The notes beneath the pieces were generated by a model. The model ran no database searches. It was not told the DNA's origin and worked only from the letters and a program-made list of their open reading frames with translations. This document shows, piece by piece, positions 26,702 to 34,947 of a stretch of 41,436 nucleotides of DNA. Origin of the DNA: a virus (taxonomy: Duplodnaviria; Caudoviricetes); IMG/VR virus record IMGVR_UViG_3300014202_001565, positions 1-41,436 of that record; one strand, written 5' to 3'. A program made the position numbers and the translations under genes. Position 1 is the first letter of the stretch. Each line of letters opens with the position of its first letter.

Positions 26702-27678
26702 GACGCCACCGCCAAGCCCCTAGCTTCATCCCAGGCTTCTTTGCTGAACGGCTCATCCGTCTTTTCCCCGTTCCGAATCCAGAACTTTTGCAACTCGCCA
26801 TCGCCGTTTCGGGCAACGTGGTAATCCCGGTTTTGAACCGGGAATTTGTCCCTCGGCTTCTCCGGCGGCGGCGGGGCCTTCGGTGCCATACGGCGCAAAA
26901 TCGACGACTCCCTCGAATAGATGTGATGCCAATCGACCGTCCCAAACTGGGATTCATGCATGTACATCTTCGCCACCGTCTCCGGGGGGTGCTTGGCCAG
27001 AAGTTTCATCAACGGCGATGACTTAGCAATCCACCGAGTGACATCCTCCCGGGTCGGCTCCGGCAACTCCCAAGCCTCGGCAACCAGCCTCAAAACCTGC
27101 TGCACAAGCTCAAACGGCCCTTCCCGAACGGGAGCATCAGGGGGCGGCGCGGGCGGCTCTTGCCGGTCGCCCCTCCCGGAGGGAATTACAGGCTTAGGCT
27201 CTGGCTTAGGCTCTGGCTTGTCGCGAATGACTCGCTCATCATTCCCGCTTTGTTCGCGAACCGTTCGCGAATCGTTCGCGATTGGTTCGCGAGTGGAAAC
27301 GGCTTCGGGAGCGATCAGTTCCGGCTGGCTTTGCTTGCGAACACTGGATCCGTTCGCGAACTTCTCTCCCCTCTTGGCGAGGGTCTTCTTCACCGTGTCA
27401 TCCGCGTGATCGTGCCAATCGTGGATGTACCAACCGCCCTCGACTTCGTCCAGCCAGCCCGTAGAAACGAGATCGCTTGCAAGGGCGCCGCCCGACTCGT
27501 AGCGGATCGTGTCCGCAATGTCGGCCAAGTCGTCACCCGTGAGGAATCCCGTCGGGCGATATCGCCCTACCCAATGCCAAACCGCTTCCAATAAGCCGAG
27601 TGCCGCCCATGCCGGCATGTCGAGCTGCCGTCCGAGTCGCTTCGTCTTCGGGTGATCAAGTGTCCCGCGTTTCGCCAT
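26698..27678 (-). CDS. Replication initiator protein (326 aa)
   Basis: DHPKTKRL...GLLEAVW...GWL...IHDWHDH N-terminal domain of phage initiators; low-complexity linker containing iterons. Confidence 0.75.
   Translation of the reverse strand: MAKRGTLDHPKTKRLGRQLDMPAWAALGLLEAVWHWVGRYRPTGFLTGDDLADIADTIRYESGGALASDLVSTGWLDEVEGGWYIHDWHDHADDTVKKTLAKRGEKFANGSSVRKQSQPELIAPEAVSTREPIANDSRTVREQSGNDERVIRDKPEPKPEPKPVIPSGRGDRQEPPAPPPDAPVREGPFELVQQVLRLVAEAWELPEPTREDVTRWIAKSSPLMKLLAKHPPETVAKMYMHESQFGTVDWHHIYSRESSILRRMAPKAPPPPEKPRDKFPVQNRDYHVARNGDGELQKFWIRNGEKTDEPFSKEAWDEARGLAVAS
27252..27295. repeat. Four tandem 11-bp iterons (GTTCGCGAnnn), probable replication origin
   Basis: GTTCGCGAACC GTTCGCGAATC GTTCGCGATTG GTTCGCGAGTG; another copy at about 27352. 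Confidence 0.75.
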
Positions 27679-28102
27679 CTGCCTTCCTTGGTGTGTTGCA
27701 TCGTTTGTAATCGCGATCCATCTCGCGAAGCCGAGCGATGCGACCCGGCCATTTCTTTTCGATCCAGGCGAAAAACTCCCCGCCGTGGTGGGTGAAATAC
27801 TCGTGCATCCCCTTGCAGAGACACAAAGCGTTCAAAGGGTCTTGCCGGATGCTTGGAAACCTCCGACTGAAGATATGAGCCCGCTCAAGCGGCCCCGAGC
27901 GATCGACGAATCGACCGTGCAACGGCGTATAGTCACGGGCTTCGCATTGATTGCCCGCCCGCTCGAACACGATGTCGCGCTGTTTCGCGTCACCCTTTCG
28001 GTTCGCCTTCATCTTCTCCGAAACCGGTTTGAGCCGTGTCTTCCGCTCTAGTCCTTTCTTGCGTTGAAGCGGCTTGCCCGGTTTGAGGCGAGAGCGTTTC
28101 AA
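27656..28102 (-). CDS. HNH / NinG-like endonuclease (148 aa)
   Basis: Basic N-terminus; AHIFSRR...NALCLCKGMH. Confidence 0.7.
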   Translation of the reverse strand: MKRSRLKPGKPLQRKKGLERKTRLKPVSEKMKANRKGDAKQRDIVFERAGNQCEARDYTPLHGRFVDRSGPLERAHIFSRRFPSIRQDPLNALCLCKGMHEYFTHHGGEFFAWIEKKWPGRIARLREMDRDYKRCNTPRKADGETRDT

Positions 28103-28683
28103 GATTTCGCCCGCTCCCGCACTAGGGCTTCCTCTTCCGGGGTCGCGAGGCGCCTTTCACGGATGTTCCAGCAAAGCCCGTGTCCCGGGCAAATTGCGAA
28201 TACACCCTCTGGATGTTCTTCTGCAAACGGCGCAAGGGGGAAGCCACGATGCGGACACACTAATCCGTCTTTGAGAACGCAATCGCGACACGAGTCGCGA
28301 AGCTTGTCTTCCCACAAGGTGGCTTTGGACACCGGGAAGTGAGGCATTGCGCGGTGGCATCGTTTACTGATGACCTTGAACTCGTGGGCCAAGGGCACCC
28401 CCCCTTCTTCCAAGCTAACAGGGCGAACCAAAATGCTCTGCTCTTTGCTCCAGAATCGGGCCCAACCGCAAAATAAGCGCACCTGGGCATTGGAAAGGAA
28501 CCGGACATCGACGTGAACATGGTGGGGGGGAAATCCAATGATCTCTCGGTCCTCGTGGACCGGCCCTATGACGGGGATCCACGCCCGCCCGTACCATCCC
28601 TTGTCTTTGAGGCGGACGCAACGCACCTGGTATAGCTCGCCAACAATGGCCGGAGAGTCCGATGGCAAGGGCTTCGCCATCAT
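28099..28683 (-). CDS. Rieske-type [2Fe-2S] domain protein (~194 aa)
   Basis: CPHRG...CPGHG (CxH / CxxH) ligands; ATGA coupling with the upstream gene. Confidence 0.75.
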   Translation of the reverse strand: MMAKPLPSDSPAIVGELYQVRCVRLKDKGWYGRAWIPVIGPVHEDREIIGFPPHHVHVDVRFLSNAQVRLFCGWARFWSKEQSILVRPVSLEEGGVPLAHEFKVISKRCHRAMPHFPVSKATLWEDKLRDSCRDCVLKDGLVCPHRGFPLAPFAEEHPEGVFAICPGHGLCWNIRERRLATPEEEALVRERAKS

Positions 28684-29105
28684 GCCACCCTCCGAACCAA
28701 CACTCCCGGACAACCGCGAAACCGGCCGGAGACGGCCTTCGTAGTGATCCCGTACCGCTTATCCGCATGTCTTCGCGTTGGGTTGAAATACTTAATGGTC
28801 TTGTGGGGGACAAAGAACATCTGCCCAACCTCCAAGGTTTTCCAGGGGTACTTCGGCTCCCTATCGATCTTGCATCCCTTGTTGGACCCACGCTTCTTAG
28901 GGGTAGTCGGGGGAGCCCCACACTTGTTCGGGCACTGCCCGTCAAGTAGAACCGCTGAGCAAAAGCTGCATGAAGGGCGAGTCTTCGTCTTGCGCACCTT
29001 CCTGCCTGTCATGGCTCGAACGCTGGGCTCCCGCTCCTTTTTCCGCTTCTCCAAATACTCACGAGAAACCGGCGGGAGATCAGTAAGTAACTCGGCCCGG
29101 ATCAT
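28680..29105 (-). CDS. Hypothetical basic protein with Zn finger and KYPWKTLEVGQMFFVP domain, probably DNA-binding
   Basis: CSFC...CPNKC; ATGA coupling at 29105. Confidence 0.6.
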   Translation of the reverse strand: MIRAELLTDLPPVSREYLEKRKKEREPSVRAMTGRKVRKTKTRPSCSFCSAVLLDGQCPNKCGAPPTTPKKRGSNKGCKIDREPKYPWKTLEVGQMFFVPHKTIKYFNPTRRHADKRYGITTKAVSGRFRGCPGVLVRRVA

Positions 29106-29308
29106 CCTAGGTGCTCCGGGTGCGGCCATTCCCGCTCCAGACCAATGCGCTTAAGCGTCAAAACCGACTTGGTCTCCAACGCTTCTCGTAGCTTGCTCTC
29201 AGGGGTGATCAAGCACCCCTTCCAACTGTAATATTCGGCCCAAAGGGCCTCGTCAACGACGACGAACCCGCTAGGGGGATTCGCCGCCCTCAGATTGCTC
29301 TGTAACAT
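29102..29308 (-). CDS. Hypothetical protein (68 aa)
   Basis: Fills the operon gap; stop overlaps the next ATG; start uncertain. Confidence 0.45.
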   Translation of the reverse strand: MLQSNLRAANPPSGFVVVDEALWAEYYSWKGCLITPESKLREALETKSVLTLKRIGLEREWPHPEHLG

Positions 29309-29546
29309 TCCCTGTAGTCCTCCTCGCCAATGCGGCGATGTATCCGTCCGGGCCGTGAACCGTCACGCCCGGCAAAAGCTCGGCGACTTCTTCCAAAGCC
29401 TCCGATAGCGATCTCGCGCCGGTAATCCGGCATATCTGTGGGTCCTGGCGGTGGCCGTAGCCTTGGTTCGCGCAACGCACGATCACCTCGTATCGCACGA
29501 CGTCAACCCGGTACACCGACTCGTAGTAGAAAAAGGGTTCGCTCAT
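29271..29546 (-). CDS. Hypothetical protein (91 aa)
   Basis: ATGA coupling, GGAGG RBS. Confidence 0.6.
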   Translation of the reverse strand: MSEPFFYYESVYRVDVVRYEVIVRCANQGYGHRQDPQICRITGARSLSEALEEVAELLPGVTVHGPDGYIAALARRTTGNVTEQSEGGESP

Positions 29547-29776
29547 CCTCCCGGCCTCCGGTAGTGATCGATCTCAACCCGAACTGAAGGGGTGAGGTCT
29601 TTCAGCGCGTCAAGCACCGCGAGGGAGACAGTCGGACCCTGCTTTTCAGTCCGGCTCATCCGCTCGAAGTAAACGGTCGCATAAGGGAATCCCCAACCTA
29701 CCAAGCGCAACACTTCGCCGTTAGGGCGAGTGAAATAGGAGCCCTTCACGCGCAATGCTCGGATGTTGCCGATCAT
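29543..29776 (-). CDS. Hypothetical protein (77 aa)
   Basis: ATGA coupling with the cro-like gene; GGAG RBS. Confidence 0.55.
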   Translation of the reverse strand: MIGNIRALRVKGSYFTRPNGEVLRLVGWGFPYATVYFERMSRTEKQGPTVSLAVLDALKDLTPSVRVEIDHYRRPGG

Positions 29777-29994
29777 GCGGCAACTCCCTTGGCGCGTCGG
29801 TAGGCAAGCCGGGCTCCCTCGTCGGAGCATCCGACCCTTTGGCCGATTTGGGCGAAGGTCAACCGCTCAACGTCGCGAAGTCGAACGATCTCCGTTTCGT
29901 CATGCTTAAGGGACCAATCCTCGCGAAGACCCGTGGTCCAGGCTTTCCCAGCATTGTTGCCAGATGTCTCGGTTTCGGTTGCGAATCTTGCCAT
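29773..29994 (-). CDS. Cro-like HTH protein (73 aa)
   Basis: LTFAQIGQRVGCSDEGARLAY HTH; divergent from the repressor; ATG about 10 bp after the predicted -10. Confidence 0.7.
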   Translation of the reverse strand: MARFATETETSGNNAGKAWTTGLREDWSLKHDETEIVRLRDVERLTFAQIGQRVGCSDEGARLAYRRAKGVAA

Positions 29995-30035
29995 ACGCGC
30001 AATATCATACGATTGACTTTGCGATTTTGGCAAGA
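29986..30035 (-). promoter_or_regulatory. Leftward early promoter with two operators
   Basis: Minus strand TTGCCA (30033-30028)-N18-TATGAT (30009-30004); palindromes TCTTGC-N7-GCAATA (29986-30004) and CTTTGC-N7-GCAAGA (30017-30035). Confidence 0.75.
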
Positions 30036-30044
30036 CTTTTTTTC

Positions 30045-30770
30045 ATGAGCGCACTATTCTTGTGTCCAGTGGCTGAACCTACTGGAATCGGAAAGAGGCT
30101 TCGAAAATTTCGGCTGCAGCTGGACCTGACACAGGCGCAGTTGGCCCGAAAGCTCGTCTCAAAGAAGGGCGAACCGCTCAATATTCGCACTTACGGCAGC
30201 TACGAACAAGAGGGGGCAGCACCGCCGCCCGAAATACTCGATCAGCTGCGAGACATGGGTTTCGACTCGGTCATTGCCGAACAAAAAGCGGAATATGACG
30301 CAGTGGGGAAAACTTACGGAACCGGCAATGTTAATGGCCCGTTAGCTATTTCATCGCTTTTGAGCGTGGAAATTCCTAAGGGGGGAAATGTGCCGTCATC
30401 AACGTGGATGAACCCGCTGCCCCATTCAGGCAGCACCATTAAAGTCCCAGGAAAGTGGGCTCCAGTCGCTTCTTTTGCCTGTGTCGCAACCGACGATTCT
30501 AATATCGACATCATATTGCCGTCCGACACCTTGGTTTGCCATCAAGGCGCGGAACCGAAGCTTCGGAAGCTCTATTTGTTCGTCAAAGGCAAAGAAGCTC
30601 GTGTAGCTCGGCTCATGCATGACGGAACGCAGTTCACCATGCAACCTGCCAAGGCGGGATCCGAATCAACCCCTCAGGGCGATTGGGAAAGACACGCGAT
30701 GGTCGTAGGGATAATCCGAACCGAGGGGTCAAAGGAAACCCTGATCTTCGATGACCAGGGCATCAGCTAA
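30045..30770 (+). CDS. CI-like repressor (XRE HTH + degenerate S24 domain)
   Basis: IGKRLRKFRLQLDLTQAQLA...YGSYEQ HTH; C-terminal DDSN...SDTLVC...MVVGII S24-like fold; start could alternatively be GTG 30069. Confidence 0.85.
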   Translation: MSALFLCPVAEPTGIGKRLRKFRLQLDLTQAQLARKLVSKKGEPLNIRTYGSYEQEGAAPPPEILDQLRDMGFDSVIAEQKAEYDAVGKTYGTGNVNGPLAISSLLSVEIPKGGNVPSSTWMNPLPHSGSTIKVPGKWAPVASFACVATDDSNIDIILPSDTLVCHQGAEPKLRKLYLFVKGKEARVARLMHDGTQFTMQPAKAGSESTPQGDWERHAMVVGIIRTEGSKETLIFDDQGIS

Positions 30771-30777
30771 CGCGGCC

Positions 30778-31503
30778 TCATCGCGCTGAAGACGTTTGAA
30801 GCGTGAAATCAACCTCGTTGCGATCCACGTAGAGATCGTACGCTGTAATCTCGAAAGCCCTCGTCTCGCCCGGCTTAACGCCAAAAACTAGTGTCTCTCC
30901 GGCCTTGATGAACTCGCCCTTGCCATTAACCCACCGACCCAGGATTCGGATGGTCTCGGTTGCCTCGCGATCATTGCGGACTATGCCAGAGATCGTTGCC
31001 TTAAAGATCGGCTTAGGCTTCTTCTTGTCGTAGGTATAAAGGCAACTGGCTTCAAGCACACGCAGTTTATAGCCCGGCGAAGCCTTGGCTTTCTTCTCCA
31101 TGTCATAGACGGAACGCGCCAAGGCATCGAGGGCAACCGAGGTCACCTTGCCATCCTTGAAGATGTAAGAGACTTCTCCGGTGCCGAACAATTCGGCACC
31201 GGCAAAGGTTGAAACCTTTTCACCAAGCACCTTCACGACCTCCTCACGAGTCGAGCCGACGTCGGGGATTGTTGTCAGCTTTGATGGCTTGCCCGCTCGA
31301 ACCTCAGTGACCTTGCCATTCCGAAAGCCGATCGTAACGTCATGATCCGGCCACACTGCCCAAGAAGCCTCCGATGTCAGAGGAAAAGTTTTGTAGTTTG
31401 GCTGGCCAAGAAGCGCAACGACCTTATTTGAAGCCAAACCAAGCTCAACCCCAACGACCTTCGCCGGCGACAAGAGGGCAACAGCCAAGCTAACCGCGAT
31501 CAT
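30778..31503 (-). CDS. Secreted/envelope cargo protein with two BamE/SmpA-like repeats and a C-terminal Ig-like (FxLYD-like) domain
   Basis: Hydrophobic N-terminus; LGLASNKVVALLGQP...FRNGKV and VGSTREEVVKVLGE...FKDGKV; ISGIVRN...VKPGETRAFEI. Confidence 0.6.
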   Translation of the reverse strand: MIAVSLAVALLSPAKVVGVELGLASNKVVALLGQPNYKTFPLTSEASWAVWPDHDVTIGFRNGKVTEVRAGKPSKLTTIPDVGSTREEVVKVLGEKVSTFAGAELFGTGEVSYIFKDGKVTSVALDALARSVYDMEKKAKASPGYKLRVLEASCLYTYDKKKPKPIFKATISGIVRNDREATETIRILGRWVNGKGEFIKAGETLVFGVKPGETRAFEITAYDLYVDRNEVDFTLQTSSAR

Positions 31504-31727
31504 GGCTTGCACACCTTGCACGGGCTCAATCCGAACGACTCCGCTTCCGTTCGCGTGAGTGGCAATTTGCTTTTCTTAAGATAGCGGCAGCCGTCGCGGT
31601 GGTACTTGTCGCCGCTCTTGGTCCTGTAGACCGTTTGCTCGGCAACGAACGGTGTTGGGGCCGGTTCCTTCGGCGCATTCAGCGCGACCAGTGCCGCCAG
31701 GGTCGCGATCACGGTTACAGTTTTCAC
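31500..31727 (-). CDS. Small secreted protein with Ada-like metal-binding domain (75 aa)
   Basis: Signal-like N-terminus; VYRTKSGDKYHRDGCRYL...EAESFGLSPCKVCKP. Confidence 0.75.
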   Translation of the reverse strand: MKTVTVIATLAALVALNAPKEPAPTPFVAEQTVYRTKSGDKYHRDGCRYLKKSKLPLTRTEAESFGLSPCKVCKP

Positions 31728-31796
31728 CCCTCGGTTCTACCGGTTCAACGGAACCCAGTCAAGACCGGAAGATGAATAGTGATTTAGATTTTTCGC

Positions 31797-31865
31797 AAAA
31801 AAGTCTTGCCAAAACTCCGATATGTATCGTATTATGGAAATACGATCTTGCCAAAATCGCAAGAT
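31797..31865 (+). promoter_or_regulatory. Rightward early promoter with operators
   Basis: TTGCCA (31806-31811)-N18-TATTAT (31830-31835); perfect ATCTTGC-N7-GCAAGAT (31845-31865); degenerate site at 31804-31822. Confidence 0.75.
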
Positions 31866-31887
31866 GAAGCAAATAGGAGTTTGCGAC

Positions 31888-32172
31888 ATGGAAAACAAAG
31901 CATCGACATTACAGGACACTCCCGCGAAGGTTCGACGGGTTTTCTTTCAGGACATTGAGCAATGGGTCGATCTGCCCGCATCCGCTCTTAAGATTCGTCA
32001 GATTTGGCCGGGCTGCACCCAGGCCGAAGTAGATGACACGCTCATCAACGGCTCCTACTCGGCATACCGCGTCGAAGATGAGCCCGGCCCGCTCCAATTC
32101 AAAATGATCTTCGCTTACGACTTCGTAGGCGATTGGGCGATCCTCGATCGCGCTACCCGGAGGGCTGCCTAA
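31888..32172 (+). CDS. Hypothetical early protein (94 aa)
   Basis: AGGAG RBS before ATG 31888; first gene after the promoter. Confidence 0.65.
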   Translation: MENKASTLQDTPAKVRRVFFQDIEQWVDLPASALKIRQIWPGCTQAEVDDTLINGSYSAYRVEDEPGPLQFKMIFAYDFVGDWAILDRATRRAA

Positions 32173-32486
32173 TGTTCTGCACCCTCTGTGGTCACAAGTG
32201 GAACACCTTCTCGGGCAAATGCCAAAACGGAGTGTGCTCCCGCTCCAAATCGGGATGGAGAGAAGCTGAGGCCCGCCGCCGGCGGGAAGATGCAACGTCC
32301 CCCGACTTCATCGAGCAAACCCCCAGCATGCTCCTCGACCTGGTCTATGACCACGCTCCCGGCTTTCGCTATTGCGAAGCCGATTATTGCGAGTGCTGGG
32401 CCGAATACGAGTTCCTGGGCCGACACTACTGCGAACACCACCTTGACAAAGCTTTGATCAATCCGGAGGTCGCCCGTGCCGCTTAG
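32172..32486 (+). CDS. Cys-rich zinc-finger hypothetical protein (104 aa)
   Basis: TAATG coupling; CTLC...CQNGVC and C...C...YCEHH motifs. Confidence 0.6.
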   Translation: MFCTLCGHKWNTFSGKCQNGVCSRSKSGWREAEARRRREDATSPDFIEQTPSMLLDLVYDHAPGFRYCEADYCECWAEYEFLGRHYCEHHLDKALINPEVARAA

Positions 32487-33432
32487 CCAGCATGCCCTCA
32501 AGCGTCGGGCTACCTGCATCGGTGGCTCCGAAATCGCCATGGTGATGGGGATCAGCCAGTTCGGCACGCCCTTATCCCTCTACCAAACAAAGATCGGCCA
32601 AAAGGTCGTCCAAGACTCGACCCGACTTCGCGTCGGGCATGGGCTTGAAAAGACCATCGCCGCCGAGTTCGCCCGCTACATGGGCATCGATCCCAAAGAG
32701 ATCAAGCGAACCCGGTTCGTTCGGCATCCGAAGGTGAAGTTCGCCGGTTCGACGCCCGACCGCTTTTGGATGGATCCGGAGCTCGGACTCGCCACCGTGC
32801 AGCTCAAGAGCGTCGAAGCTTTCGCCGGAGCCGACTTCGGTCCCTCCGGCACCGACGAAGTCAAAGCCGAACACTTGGTCCAAGTCCTGTGGGAGATGTT
32901 CACCGCCCAAGTCAAAGTCGGCTACCTCGCCGTCTTGATCGGGTTCACCGACTTTCGCGTCTATCGCTTCACCTGGACCGACGCCAACAAGGCCCTCCTT
33001 AAGAAGGCTCTCGAAGACGCCCGCGTATGGTGGAACGATCACTACGTCGTCGGTTACGCCCCCGCTCCAAGCGGGCATCCCGCAGACACCGAGATCGTTA
33101 CCGATCAGGTCCGTTGCCTCGATCACGTACCCGGCTTTGGCGAGTGCCCCGACGATGTACACGCCATCGTGAAGGGCGATCCCGAGGCAGACCGATTCTC
33201 CCTTGCCGGTTGGTCGCTCCGGGAAGTCGCCGCGTCCCTCGAAGCCGCACAAAAGGAAATGGACCGGCGAAAGAACTTGCTCCGGCTCCTCATCGGTGGC
33301 CACGACGGTTTCAACACACCCTACGGGGTCATCACTAACAAGCCCAACAGGAACGGCGTCCGCTCCCTGCATATCAGCTGGGTCAAGCTCCCCGCCCTCC
33401 CGACTTACAACGCCCAAAAGGAGGCTGCATAG
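32476..33432 (+). CDS. YqaJ-like (lambda exonuclease family) recombination nuclease (318 aa)
   Basis: RRATCIGGSEIA, GHGLE, STPDR, QLKS, QVLWEM motifs; upstream of recT. Confidence 0.9.
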   Translation: MPLSQHALKRRATCIGGSEIAMVMGISQFGTPLSLYQTKIGQKVVQDSTRLRVGHGLEKTIAAEFARYMGIDPKEIKRTRFVRHPKVKFAGSTPDRFWMDPELGLATVQLKSVEAFAGADFGPSGTDEVKAEHLVQVLWEMFTAQVKVGYLAVLIGFTDFRVYRFTWTDANKALLKKALEDARVWWNDHYVVGYAPAPSGHPADTEIVTDQVRCLDHVPGFGECPDDVHAIVKGDPEADRFSLAGWSLREVAASLEAAQKEMDRRKNLLRLLIGGHDGFNTPYGVITNKPNRNGVRSLHISWVKLPALPTYNAQKEAA

Positions 33433-33434
33433 CC

Positions 33435-34298
33435 ATGGCAAAGTCCAACGCTCCGACAATCAATTTCTCCGACCAGGTCGCTAAAGAGATCAAGCGATAT
33501 ATGCCCGTCATAAAGCGCGTCGCCCATCCGGACTGCGATGTCGAAGCCCTCATGGGCCAAGCCATCCTCGTAGTGCAGGGTAGCCCCAAGCTTTGGCAAT
33601 GCACGATCGATAGCTTTGGTCGCGCCGTTGCCCAAGCGGCCCAACTCAACCTCGAAATCGGCGGCGCCCTCCAGCATGGAACCCTAGTGCCCTTCTGGAA
33701 CCCGACCGAGGGCGCGAATGAATGTCAGTTCCAAGTCATGGCTCAAGGCTGGAAAGAGCTCGTTGACCGATCCGGTCGCGTGAAGTCCCTTTGGTGGCAT
33801 GCCGTCTTTGCCGGAGACGTCTTCCGCATCAAGCTCGGCACCGAACCCGGCATCAAGCATGAGCCTAAGAACTTCGAATACAAGGATGAGGATCTGATCC
33901 ATGTTTACGCCGTCGCCATCCTGGATAACGACGAAAAGGTTTTCTTCCATATGCCCCGCGCCCGCTTGGACAAGCTACGGGCCGCGAACCCAGGCGTTAA
34001 GGCGGGAAGGGGTGCGCCCGCTTGGGATCAGTGGTTTATCTCGATGGCCGAAACCAAGGTGCTCAAACACTTCTGCAAGTCCGGCCGTATTCCCCGCTCC
34101 CGTGATCTAGCCCGGGCCGTGAGTTTCGATGACGCCGCCGAAACCGGCGACCCATCAATCGCGCAAACCGACATCCCCGCCCTGGAAGCCGAACACGGGC
34201 TCCGACTCCCTGACACAGCAACCAAGACAGATCGCCTCATCGCCCGCGTCGGTGCCGAGGTCGACCCTGACTTCGATCCCCTAAAGGTGCAACAATGA
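33435..34298 (+). CDS. recT: RecT single-strand annealing recombinase (287 aa)
   Basis: AAQLNLE...LVPF...QFQVMAQGWKELVDRSG...W..W..MAETKVL pattern. Confidence 0.9.
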   Translation: MAKSNAPTINFSDQVAKEIKRYMPVIKRVAHPDCDVEALMGQAILVVQGSPKLWQCTIDSFGRAVAQAAQLNLEIGGALQHGTLVPFWNPTEGANECQFQVMAQGWKELVDRSGRVKSLWWHAVFAGDVFRIKLGTEPGIKHEPKNFEYKDEDLIHVYAVAILDNDEKVFFHMPRARLDKLRAANPGVKAGRGAPAWDQWFISMAETKVLKHFCKSGRIPRSRDLARAVSFDDAAETGDPSIAQTDIPALEAEHGLRLPDTATKTDRLIARVGAEVDPDFDPLKVQQ

Positions 34299-34450
34299 AG
34301 CGAAACCAGTTTAACGATGTGCGGCATCGATGCGCCGCACCCGCCGGCCCCAACCCATCCAACGGTGCTCCTACACCCGGGGAGGGGCCGCGCACCCTTT
34401 CGACCATCGCTCCCAAGCTTTGCCCGTTCGTTCGGTGGTCGAAGGTATGA
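34295..34450 (+). CDS. Small hypothetical protein (51 aa), not in the ORF track
   Basis: ATGA overlaps at both ends bridge recT and the next gene exactly. Confidence 0.45.
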   Translation: MKRNQFNDVRHRCAAPAGPNPSNGAPTPGEGPRTLSTIAPKLCPFVRWSKV

Positions 34451-34947
34451 AGACGCTTGTCGAATACGCACTCGGAGCCCTTCTCGGCTCAGCCATGATC
34501 GGCGTCATCCTGACCCCATCCCGACTTACTTCCTCATCTCCCTCCCAAAAGACCGTTGCCCCCAACCCTACCGCCCAGCCCTCGGGCGGCGGGGGCACGG
34601 TCGCCCAATGGCATAAAACCAAAGCCACCTTCTACGGAACGGGAGGGGTCAAGGTCAAAGGCAAGGTCGATTACGACGACGGCAAGACACGCCTCTGTGC
34701 CGATGGATCGGTCTACAAGTCCGATGGCCTAACGTGCGCCGCCTGGACGGGCGGCAGCGGCGAAGTACTTCCCCTCGGAGCGGTGATCGAGGTCAAGCGC
34801 GGGAAGATCGCCCTCATCCTCAAGGTCACCGATCGCCAGCAATCAAAGAAGAACCGCTACATCGATCTGCCTACGTTCACCTGGGACAGCTTTGGCGCGA
34901 AGCGATCTATCGGGACCCTTGATGTTGAGTGGAGGCGGGTGAAGTGA
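34447..34947 (+). CDS. Membrane-anchored RlpA-like double-psi beta-barrel protein (166 aa)
   Basis: N-terminal TM, Pro/Ser linker, ATFYG...ADG...TCAA...LPLG...VTDR...IDL motifs. Confidence 0.75.
   Translation: MKTLVEYALGALLGSAMIGVILTPSRLTSSSPSQKTVAPNPTAQPSGGGGTVAQWHKTKATFYGTGGVKVKGKVDYDDGKTRLCADGSVYKSDGLTCAAWTGGSGEVLPLGAVIEVKRGKIALILKVTDRQQSKKNRYIDLPTFTWDSFGAKRSIGTLDVEWRRVK

Noticed and set aside
27191-27295. Short tandem repeats as a possible CRISPR array
   Set aside because: Units are 11-12 bp with no spacers and no cas genes; explained by PEPK coding and iterons
30025-31814. Possible invertible segment bounded by 18-bp inverted repeats
   Set aside because: The repeats coincide with the -35/operator elements of two promoters, and no invertase gene is recognised
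32572-33459. 295-aa ORF antisense to the YqaJ nuclease
   Set aside because: Mirror-frame artefact of the sense gene
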